From: Ancylonema sp.
Lineage: Eukaryota
Reading direction: 5' to 3'
Length of the DNA: 64,000 bases
Assembly (NCBI GenBank): GCA_050230475.1
Contig: JBFLGF010000056.1
Span: 1-64,000, forward strand
Shown piece after piece: positions 27,442-38,600 of the stretch. Below the pieces are notes generated by a model, which was not told where the DNA came from, did not search any database, and worked only from the letters and a program-made list of their open reading frames with translations. A program made the translations under genes and the position numbers. The first letter of the stretch is position 1. Every line of letters begins with the position of its first letter.

Positions 27442-27626
27442 TACAGAATGTCATAACTGTTCAAAAAGCCAACGCAGTATGATGTGTCGCACACACGGCA
27501 CGATTCGCGACTCGTCCCTTTCATGAGGAGAACGGGCGATATGGGTGGAGAGTATTCAGGGGGGCATGGGCATGGAGGAGGAGGACACCATCACGTTGTA
27601 ATATCCGGGCACAACAGATGAGAGTA

Positions 27627-28872
27627 CAGTAAATACTCGTTATAGGCACATATTGGTACACCGAAAATGTGTGCCTGTAACGTGGTTATGTCTGTAACGC
27701 GTTAATCGCGTTACAGGCACAGTTGCCAGAGGCCCTGGGGCAGATGTGCCTGTAACGAGGGAATTTCACAAAATCTCAAAATTCACCATGAAATCTTGTC
27801 TTATTTGCTGATTGGAGCGTGAATACTTACAATGGTATCATATTCACTCGCATATAGTTTGTGAGATGCAATGGCTGTCCAAGGTAATGGTCGTTGTTTA
27901 CTTCGTCCATCCATTTCAAGGCATATGAGGCACATTTAAAGGAACGTAAAGGATTGTCATGTTGAGATGGTCTTGTCTTATCTTTTTTGTCGACAAGTAT
28001 GGATTCAGGTATGCGAGCCATTATCTTTAACAATGCCAATAATTATTGTCTTATTTGCTAATTGGAGTGTGAATACTTACGATATACATAGTACAATATA
28101 TATGGTATGATATTCACTCGCATGTAATTTGTGAGACGTGATGGATGTCTAAGGTAACGGTCGTTGACTTCGTCCATCCATTTCAAGGCATATCAGATTT
28201 ATCGTGATAGGATGGTCATGTCTTTGATTTCTTGTAAACAAGTATGGATGCAGGCATGCATGCCATTATCTTTAACAAAGCCAATAAATCGAATGTGGAC
28301 ACAGAAGAGTAGCCACATATTGTTCCGCCAATATTGCTCGTAAAGTACTGCAACTGTGCTTAACATCCACTTATATACCCACTATCGGGAAAAACTTAAT
28401 GATTACCTCTTCCTTGCGGTTGCGGATTGTGGATTTGTACCTCCCACATTCCCTTCTTCCCTGTGTGAGGTAGTTGTACCCGAGTCTTTTTTATAATTCT
28501 ATGTACAGGTGCAGACCCAAAAAAATTACAGACGAACGCACTACGAGCTCGAACGACCAGTTTTTATATAAATTCCCTCGTTTGGAAAGGGAAGCTACCT
28601 CGTGTTTCAATGTGGAGAAGATGCTATGCGCCGAAAAAGGGCTAAAATCTCCGTCTGAAACAATTGTTTCCCCCCAATAGCCTGTCACGTCATCATACTT
28701 TATGACGTCATAATTTGTTGTAGGCTCAAAACGGCTTTTTGGTGTGCATGTAACGTGGTGTGCTAGTGCCTATAACGAAGACGATTTGGCGGGGGAAAGT
28801 CGGTACATGCGATTTTGGTGCCTATAACGTGATTCAACCTATAACGAGTGTGCCTGTAACGAGTATCCACTA
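27627..28872. mobile_element. Non-autonomous pogo/Tc1-mariner-like DNA transposon (~1.25 kb) with TA target-site duplication
   Basis: TA|CAGTAAATACTCGTTATAGGCACA ... TGTGCCTGTAACGAGTATCCACTA|TA, a ~24-bp imperfect TIR. Repeated subterminal CGTTACAGGCAC motifs. Internal ~250-bp tandem duplication (~27796-28045 and ~28046-28290). Confidence 0.85.
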
Positions 28873-29113
28873 TACTTCCTTTCAGGCGCTTTGGGGTGGT
28901 CGGCCGGTTTATCTCTGTTGTAGCGTCACCCGTTATTTGGACAGTAGCAAGGCCAGAAAGACAGAAAGTGCGATGGAATGATTAGTTTTGCGACGTGGCC
29001 ATTTCGTGGTGTGTGAAGGAATAGTTATCCAGCATCTAGGCTTGCTAACAGCCGTCCGATGTGTCCAAAAAAAAAGTCAGCGGCTGGACTTTGGACGTTT
29101 ATTATCACAGTAA

Positions 29114-29648
29114 GAGCATTGCTTATGCCATACCCAAGAGGACACCGAAGAAGTTGCGCCCGGTTTTGCTTCGAAACGAAGTACAAATCCATTGCTTATG
29201 CCATACCAAAGACGACACCGAAGAACTTGCGCCGTTTATGTCGTCTTCGGTAAATAGTTTCGCCACAAAAATTTACCCAAGACGACTGTCGTCTTGGGTA
29301 AATTTTCTTTACAGACGACATGCTGCCCATTCTCGCTATCCAATCACGTTGGTTCGTAAATCGTGTGATTATATGACAGGTACAACGAGGTTTTTCGCGT
29401 GCGCGGAAAGGCACGGTGCCATTGCTAGGGGCTTTCGGCACCGTCATATTGTAAAGTCAAATCCTGCGAAAACATGACCGACACGACTTCGGTGCCGTCT
29501 TGGGTATTGGCAGGTATGGCATAAGCAATGCCACTTTTCTTCGGTAAGCTCTCAATATGTACTTCGATTATCGCCGGGTTCCGCCGAAATAATTCCCCCA
29601 AAACGACAGGTTAACCTGTCGTATTCGGGTATGGCATAAGCAATGCTC
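29114..29648. mobile_element. PIF/Harbinger (Tourist-like) MITE, 535 bp, TAA target-site duplication
   Basis: TAA|GAGCATTGCTTATGCCATACCC ... GGGTATGGCATAAGCAATGCTC|TAA, a perfect 22-bp TIR, plus nested internal inverted repeats. Confidence 0.92.
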
Positions 29649-29957
29649 TAAGGCGAAGGGCAATTTTCTTGTTTGAGCCACCGGTATTTCGAGTCTTGTC
29701 GTCTCAATCTGTAAAGATGGGAATTGTATATTATTAAAAAACGACAAACGACCTCATTACATTTGTTACCTCCCCCACCACCGCGCGTTCCACTTTCTTC
29801 TTCGGAGTTGTATATTGTTGCTAGTTTTGTCTAGTACGATCGGCTCACATATTTGTCGTTGTTAAGCATATGTAGTTTCTTTACAGGCACGTTCTTGTAA
29901 TGAGATGGGGTTCCCGTCGTTTTTTTTTAATAAACAATTATCTTTGTATAAAAAGTA

Positions 29958-30505
29958 CAGTAAATACTCGTTACAGGCACACTCGTTATAGGCCTAGTCG
30001 CATTATCGGCATCAAAATCGCGTGCACCAACTTTCCCTTGCCAAATAGTCTTTGTTATGGGCTCAGATAAAAGAGCGATGTTGTGCTTGTAACGAATTAT
30101 GATATCATAACACATGCTGATTTGACAGATGTGATCACACGTGTGGTAGACACGTGTCGATATGTTCGTTAATGCGGTGGCATGTGCATGTATATTCGTT
30201 GTAGCGATGCATTTCACGTGTGTGTGTAGACGATGCTAGAAATACGGCAGAGTGAATATTATACCATTGCTAGTATTTATACTCTAATTAGCAAATAATA
30301 CAATATGGCATGGTGTAAAGATTTCAGCAACATGGCAGACGAAGTTCACGAACTCATAAAGCAAAATATTGAGTTTCCCTCGTTTCGGGCACATCTGCCT
30401 AAGAGCCCTGGTAAATGTGCTAGTAACGCAATGTCCATGTTACAGACACAACCACGTTCTGGGCACACGTTTCTCATGAGCCATAGGTGTGTCTGTAACG
30501 AGTTT
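29958..30505. mobile_element. Second, internally deleted pogo-like copy, opposite in orientation to 27627-28872, interrupted by the CACGTG-rich repeat (~30120-30250)
   Basis: Starts TA|CAGTAAATACTCGTTACAGGCACA. ~30275-30505 is the diverged reverse complement of 27627-27830. Confidence 0.75.
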
Positions 30506-32291
30506 TGTACATATCCATAAAAATGACAAATATGTGAGCCTATCGTATTAGTCAAAATTGTGAAGAGAACTGTTGTTCCTGTTGCAATCTAGTTTTAGTC
30601 AATCTAGTTGCATAAATCGACACTTCAGTATTGGATGATGGAGTGCATGGCACGAGCTTCTATGGGTTGCGAAAATTACGCACCGGTAATTTGGACCCTC
30701 AACTTGCGCAATCACGCAATTCTTTCTCGTATCGTAATGGAAAAATACGTTAGGGCCGATGTAACAGGTAAAAAAATGAAAATTAAACATTGGCTCCTTC
30801 TTGAGGGATCGTGATCGTCATAAGGAATATTTTGTATGACGACTATTCAATTTCTGAACCTGTTTTGAGATGAAAGAACCCGATTATATCTAAGTGGCAA
30901 AACGTCTATGTGGGGAAATGAAGTTTGTTGCAATCAAAAAGAAAACCAGTTTTTTCTATTTTTGTGACCAACTTCCACTGCTAGATCTGCATATCACATT
31001 AGTTCGTTACATTGTTTGTCCGTACCATGTTTTTTTAGTGAAAATTACGATTTACGGACAGAACTTCCTAGTAATCGGTAAGCTTGACGATGACATATAA
31101 TTTTCCTCTCTCTCGTCTTCCATCTTCTCATTACGAACTTAGCATGACGAATTCATTTCGTCATTTATAATCGCAAATTTGAAGGTCGCAACCCTAGACC
31201 TGTACAAACTTATTACCACCTTCATCCACTTCTAATTTGGCGAATGCGTGGCTAACAACTAGGGTTTTGTACATCATGTTTGCATTCCGATTGCAAAGCA
31301 ATTCGGAAACGAGACCTCTGATTCACATCGTAAAGTTAGACAATTCTTACTTCATCAATCATGTAATTGGGCAATTGTTTAGTTGTATATTGTTTAAATT
31401 TAAACTCTTATTTAACGAGCGGGTGTGAATTGGGGGGGCGATTAGTATCATCCAGACACACACAGAAATTTTATGAATTGAATTGGGCTGCATATTTTCT
31501 ACATTCATAATGGTGTTAGAGTATAAGAGGTGTGGGACTTAAACCACATCTGCCACGATCCAATATGAACACACGTCCACGAAGGTGTGCGATGGAATGC
31601 GATGTTATTATTCTGTTTTGCTGATGAACATGTCACAGCCTGCTTTTATTGCAAAATAGTTTGTCACAACAGTTATTACTTGGCATGGATGAAGAATTGG
31701 AAAACACAAGTTTGACCCCAAAATCTATTTCACATGTCTTTGTTTTTTGGTGAAAAAAATTGAGATTTTGATCTCGAGTGTTTGTTACTAATCCTTGTAT
31801 GTAGATTTCAATGCTGCTTTCAAGTTTCATAACCACTCCATCTCCGACCTTCAAGATAAACCATACAAATGTGTAAGCCTTCAATCATCGTTTGGTAATT
31901 GTCCACTAATTGTCCATTCAGTTTCATTTCATAACTTTGGGACAATTAGCAGCCGAAGGTTTTGGAAGACCATCTTTTCAACATGAATCTCCATTTATAC
32001 GACCGTTGTCTAGTGGCAGTTTAACTAGAGTGCAAAATCGTTTCAGTATTTTTCTTGGCCACTGTCAGCTTCTGCCCTCGCATAGATATCGGTTTTCTGC
32101 CGCTTACATATGTACAGCATGACGGCTTCCATAGTCCATGCTCGGAGCTATCGGATTAAAATAATTCCTGCTGCCCAATAATAATAGACAGTTACTACGA
32201 TCGTTTTCCTTCCATAATGCAAATCTAACAATTTTACTTGTTGGCGTCTCAGCAAATAGATGTACACTCTTCATCATTTGCCAGATCCACT

Positions 32292-32806
32292 TTAAGCGTG
32301 TATGAAGATGACACAAAGAGCATAGATGATGCCTGCAACCAAAAAAACATCATATAAGAGAAACCTCACACCAGGCTAATAGCGGCGAGCGAATAGCTTG
32401 CACAGAAGCGCGTCAGAAGAAATATCGACTACCATATAAGCAATACCTCCGACCCTGAGAGACGGGCTACAGTAGCACCCAAATAAGTATGTTCATGAGC
32501 TTGAAGATGTGGTCACAGATAATCCTGACAACTTCAGCATTTGGCACGAGACTATCAAGCCCGCCTCTGGTCCCTCGGGGAAAGGGAAACAATGGAATAT
32601 TTGTCCATGGGAAGCAAATTCAGACCAAATGCCCAAACATCACAGGCGAGGTTGGAACAGAACGTACCGGGAATGTAGCCGAGGATGGTCAAGAGAAGGC
32701 AGATCCAGAATTGATGTCCGCATTCGAATTTAAGGAACACGCCCAGGGGTGGCAGAAAAATTGCCAGCAGGACGGAAACAACATCAACAGCTCCGGAGCT
32801 AGCCAT
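32292..32806 (-). CDS. RCI2: PMP3/RCI2 small hydrophobic cold/salt-responsive membrane protein (59 aa, 2 exons)
   Basis: Exon 32806-32668 reads MASSGAVDVVSVLLAIFLPPLGVFLKFECGHQFWICLLLTILGYIP. A phase-1 GT-AG intron follows. Exon 32332-32292 reads GIIYALCVIFIHA*. Confidence 0.95.
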
Positions 32807-33065
32807 TGCAACGTGAGTGAGGTGCTGAGGATGTTCTGAGGCTGTAAATGGATGGTGGACCCTGCGTCAGCGTAATTTGATCAGGTATTGTGAAAGGTCG
32901 ATGCGTATACTAAGTAATTTCACGTTTTTGTCAGTACTTGCGTGGCGAGTCATCGCATTTCTGAACGCGAAGTGATTTCTGCTCAGCCAGCACATGACAG
33001 CTGGTAGGGAATCTCTCCAACGGCTCCTTCTGGGGTTTATCAGGACCACACTGTAGATGTAAGAT

Positions 33066-33190
33066 TGCCACGTTTCAGTTTAGTATAAACGTGGCAGTCA
33101 TTCGTGTCTCAACGATTGAGGGCGTTGCACGATTTGCACGTGTCGTGGCAATCGAGCTCCCCAACGCGTCATAATCAACGCGTCATAAAC
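33066..33190. promoter_or_regulatory. Cluster of ABRE/G-box-like motifs upstream of RCI2
   Basis: GCCACGT (33067-73), ACGTGGC (33089-95), ACGTGTC (33138-44) and two AACGCGTCATAA direct repeats (~33163, ~33177), 260-385 bp upstream of the ATG. Confidence 0.5.
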
Positions 33191-33385
33191 TGCTGACTCA
33201 GTGAGAAGTATATTTAGCTTGGATTCTCCACGTACACTTGGCAAGCTGAAATTGGCCAGTGCCAAGCTTTTCGAACAGACGGTTGCCCATCCTCAACCTG
33301 CGTCGGGCGGCCACCTTCTGTTTTGGGTTCCCGGACTGTGCAGAGATGATCCAGGCTTTTTAAAACGGACATAATACGTTAATAA

Positions 33386-33657
33386 TAGTAAATACTCGTT
33401 ACGGGCATACTCGTTATAGGCACAGTCACGTTACAGGCACCAGAATCGCGTGTACCAACTTTCCCCTGCCAAATCGTCTTCGTTGTAGGCACTAGCACAC
33501 CACATTACAGGCAGACCAAAAAGCCATTGTGTGCCTATAACGAGTTATGACGTCATAAAATATGCTGACGTTATAGGCTATTGGAGGAAATTAATTGTTT
33601 CAATCGGAGATTTTAGTCCTTTTTCGGCGCATAGCATCTTCTCCACATTGAAACATG
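33386..33657 (+). mobile_element. Truncated end of the pogo-like family
   Basis: TAGTAAATACTCGTTACGGGCATACTCGTTATAGGCAC...GCATAGCATCTTCTCCACATTGAAACA is the near reverse complement of 28603-28872. Confidence 0.8.
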
Positions 33658-34799
33658 GGGTAGATTGTGGACCATATGCAACAAATGGGATGTGAGGAGA
33701 TAGATGGATGTTGAACTCATTGAGAGTGATGATAATGGTGTCGACATGGGACCTTCCAAGATGACTCTCGTGGAATGTAGAGAGTCTCTAAAAGGCATTG
33801 CAAACTTTATCGCCTAAGATGCTTGTCTTGGGGATGAAGATGTTATAAGTCCTACAATTGGCAAACAAGTTATTGTAGTATAAGGCAATCGATAATAGCC
33901 TTAGAACGAGGTTCGCACCGGTGAATAGACTTTGTTATAAAGAGAATTGTATTGGCTCGTTTTATCGTAGCGACCATACATTATCTACCACTAATTTATT
34001 CAAATCTCGAAAATAATTATTTTATTGGGTTTCGGGGGTTTAAATTGTGGGTGATCTGAAAGTTAAGCAGTAGTTCATGCTCCCTTAAACCTAGTGGGTA
34101 GGGGGATCGAAATCAAATGGTAACGGTAGAAGTAAGGGGGCAGGGTAATGCGTGAAGAATTTTTTTTTGTCTAAATGATTAGATATGGTCGCTATTGTAA
34201 GTCCATGTCGGTCCATGTATGATCGTGTGCATATATGGTAGTTGCGCCGCCGGTAGCAATCAAGAGCCCGTGCAGGCGGCAATGTGGCGCAAGTTGTTTC
34301 GCGATATAGTGGGTTTACTAATGTCGTGGGGAATTATGGGAATCCCAACGGATCCGTAAATGGCAGTGTGTAATGTCACACGCGCGCACACCTGTCAGTA
34401 ACATATAGCCGATGTACAGTATGTACAATAGTCATGATTGAGTGAGATGGAACTGCGTAGTTGCATTGGGCATAAGCGTCCGGAATACTTGGACGATAAG
34501 TATTTGTACGATCACTAGACGACAAGTTAGTGCGCCAAAGACTGGACCCAAAAACTCAAGCACAAGACCTCAGATTACCTCTCTTCAACACTCTGACCCT
34601 TATCGTTTCAAAGTGTGCCCCGGTGATGTTCAACTCTTTCCTTGCATTCACTGTGCATTATTATCGCGTTGTCCGCATCTAGGATGGTACATGCATTACA
34701 TCTCTAATCGTACAAGTTAATGATCCGGTAATTTGGCGATCGATATGGCTTACGGCGGATTTCAGAGTATGCACATTCATTATAGTTTCGAATGTCACG

Positions 34800-35030
34800 T
34801 TCACAACTCAAGCAATACCTTGCCTTGGGTAAGTATTGTCAGAATCAATTTGCTCATGGTGTAGGATATGTGTTTCGTTAGACACATGGCATGGGTATGC
34901 ATGCGCAGAGAGCATTAGTCCACCTGTGCGAGCTCGCACGTGTGAGGTGGCGTTCGTTAATGGGTGTGGTCACACGTGTCGATATGTTCGTTAGTGCGGT
35001 GGCATTGCACATGTAGGAGTGGACAATGCA
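34800..35030 (-). repeat. Copy of the CACGTG-rich dispersed repeat
   Basis: GGCATGGGTATGCATG...CGCACGTGTGAGGTGGCG...CACACGTGTCGATATGTTCG is the reverse complement of segments at 10650-11130. Confidence 0.7.
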
Positions 35031-35681
35031 AGAGGGCACAATATCCACAATTGCTGTAATGTGGCAAAAAATGCGCATGCCAATATTTTTCGAATCTGAG
35101 ATGCAGTCGTTTGACTTCATTCAATAATTTGGCATTTTTTATCTCTCATGCTAAATGAGACGCGAATGAGTTTACTACTAATTGTCAGAAGTGCAATCGT
35201 TGCAGCCGTGTGAGTAAAACGTTCATTGGAGTATGAACGTGTATTTTTCGGCTATACCGTACCACCCATTGATAAAGATCCGAAATCGGTTCCCAAAAGG
35301 GTGGATCCGATAAATAAATTCATTGTCTTTCCGGGTAAATTGGACATGTCCGTCCACATATGATTGTGTGCATATATGGTAGTTGTTGAGAGTGTTACCT
35401 TCAGTGGTCGAGTTGAATGTCCGTAATCAATGCAATATCGAGTTTTTTTCTCGCTTCTTATAAACAAGGGAGGTTCATTCATATAACTTACATGAACTAC
35501 GTTTGGAGTTTGACAGTAGGTATGAATAGATTGAAAACGAAGGCCTAGCGTACTCACTCTATTGCATGCATGGGACACGAGTCGTAGAAACGTGCCGAAC
35601 TACTACTCCGAACATTGTGCTAGACCTAACATGCTACACGTTTCCGACATGATCCTCATCTTACATCAACAAAACAATCAT

Positions 35682-38600
35682 TCAATATTTGAAAGGCCCA
35701 GCCCTTCCTTGTGCTTTTTTCAAGGCAGCAGCTGCTGCTTGCAAGGTACTCATTTCCTTGCAAAAGGCCACACGCACATATCGGTCCATATACTCCGCCC
35801 TCTCCCGGATATTGCCATCGACTCCTCCCCCATTGCCATTTCCTTGGTTGGTCGGAAGGATTCGAGTACTTTTGCTGCCCGCCTCCTTTGCTTCATCGCC
35901 ACCCAGTGGGAAAGATTCGTGCAATTTACCTGCATGTAAATACATATCTTTGAATAATTGCATCTCTATAATTATACACACATCTTTCGCCATAAATATC
36001 AATGCCGGCACGGAACAATACTTGGTCGCACAACAATTATCGCGGCATACTCATTCATCGACCATATTTTGATATTCGATAAAGAGATTCATAATCTTTT
36101 CATCCCCGAACGAACGTAAAAATGCATCTACTGCATCTATCTCCCGATTCGGCTCCCACCATTATCAGCATAAGGAAGTGCGCCATTCGCTTCCCCTTTG
36201 CCCACGACAAGCTTGTTCGAATTCTCGGTAGATTCCGCACTTGGTTGTGTATGAAAGAAGTTGGCTCCAGGAACTAGAGCGACTCCGGCCGATTGTATGA
36301 GGGCCTTCACGAATTGCACCTGTACGTCGAGAGACGGACCAAGGCGGTTATGCGGTTATGTGGTTATACTACACACTGATTCCAACACAGTAGCTCATTT
36401 TCTGTCTCGAATCAAGGCATGTCCTCACCAATGAAATGACATTTTCGCTCAAATTACATCGCATCGCATCGTATTCTATCAAAGCTCATGATGGTATAGG
36501 TTGAGATGAGTGGACATCACGTTGTAGACACGCTCCAAAAGTTCTTATCCTTTGTGTGCACAAAAACAGAGGGGTACTGTAAGCTTCCTCACATCTGTCC
36601 CGAAGTAGGCTGGTGGTATCTTCGCCCAAACAAACATCCCCCCCTGAGGTAAGAGAGGGACTTCCAGCCCAGCATCTGTGAGCAGCTGTACGGCTGCGTC
36701 TCGTTTGGCTTCAAAATCCTGAGCCAAACAAGTGAGGTTTCACGTTTATTCACTCCAAATTTCTCCGAATTTCTCCGTTCTAATCTAGTATGCACTATTG
36801 CGTATATCACCTTAACTTAACTTAACTACGATTGGCCTCGATCCTCTCTAAGCTTTACCGTAGTAAATCCTCTTTATTTTCTACGAGTCTAGCCTTGCAC
36901 ATTGATGTGGGGGCACTCTTGCAACACGCTTGAAGATGGCAGGATAGCAATTCGTATTGCCGAACCTGCTCCTATCAAACAGTGAGCAGTCAGTCGCAAG
37001 GACCGACTTCGTATGAGAGTGATCTCCGGGTCCGTTTCCACTATTATATGCATCATCTACTTCATCATTTGCTTCTCTTGCATACCAATTTTTTTTTTTT
37101 TGGTTCTGTTTTTTTTTGTTTTTGTTTTTTCTTGTTTTTCTTTTTTTTCATTTGTTTTTGTTTTCGTTTTTGTTTTTTTTTTTATTTTCTTCGTATTTTT
37201 TTTTTATTTTTTTCTAGACTCTAGATATGGATATATCGATCCACCTCATCCCTCCACCCCTTCACAAATGTTTCCCAACACACAACGATAACACCATCCC
37301 CTCTCAAATCCCCGCCCAATTTCCGCACCTTTTTCAGAGTCGCATAAAACGAGTGGGGGCTGTTAAGGGCCACAATGGCCGCTTCTTGAAAGGGAGCAGG
37401 GGGGCTGTCGTTGAGTTTGCAGTGGATTTTGGCGATGGCGGCGCACAAAGATTCAGGCGCAATCGCCCAACCGATCCGCCACCCTGCAGGTAGGGATGGG
37501 TGGGATGGGCGGTAGGCATGCATCTATGTGGGGGACGGCTGGGTGGGAGGAGTTGGATGGGGTGGTGCATGCTAGGTGTATCGTGTAGATATAGTCATTA
37601 TCATTATTGGAGTGATAGAAGTTAGGATTGTTATCTTGATGCTCGCAGAAATAATCGAGATGATTAACCGAAAGTTTTTTTTCAAGCAATTTTTAAAAAA
37701 AAAAAAAAAAAAAAATCATTTTTTGGGGGAGGTCATCGGTATCAAAGATATTCCTCTATATTTATTTCCTGTTTGATTTCGTTATCGCTATCACTCATCA
37801 TTCATCACCATCATAATCACCACACATTTTATCTTTTGCCACACCACCTCCTCCGAGCCTTTTACCTCACATCTTACCTACAATACTATAACCTACACCT
37901 CAAATATCTACCAAACCCACACCCTAAAATATCTCCAAAACCAACACTACACCAAACCTGCATCAACCCACCCCCCCTCGCCATGCCCACCTGTGACTCC
38001 ATACGTCTTTGAAAGCGAGGAGGTGACGATGGTGCGGTTAACCATCCCAGGAAGGGCGGCGAGGGTCAAATGCGTAGAGTGATCAAACACGAGGCGCTCG
38101 TAGACCTACACAGGAGGAGAGGAGGCGGGGGGGGGAGGGGGAGGGGGAGGGGAAGATGAGAGGGTGAGGAGTGGACGGGATTGTTTTTCTCTGCGGTGAG
38201 ACGTTTTTTTTTTTTTTTTTTTAAACTCTAGCTCATTGCATGATATAGAGTGAGAGTTTGTTAAAACGAACCATACAGCATAATCTTGTGCTTCTCCATG
38301 TACATAGAACGAGCAGTGGTTTTCGATCGCTAAAAAAAAACTACCAGGCACTTGACACTGATTCCTGAATTATGAACCAATTGATACTGACAGAAATTGA
38401 ATAAAAAAATACTATGTTCGAAATAAAACTTCGAATTTCGAACGATGAACATGAGTGTGCAGTTGTATTGCATCAAACCGAAGGCTGCGAGCTGAATCTC
38501 AAATAGAGAGGGCGAGATACAGAAAACGGATTATTGGGAACGTACATTAAAACAATCAATTATTAAAGTCTAGTTTAGGTTTTTGGAATTTTATAATTTT

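Noticed and set aside
32555..32667. Unspliced C-terminal extension of the RCI2 ORF
   Set aside because: A GT donor at 32667 and the downstream GIIYAL exon give the canonical family C-terminus.
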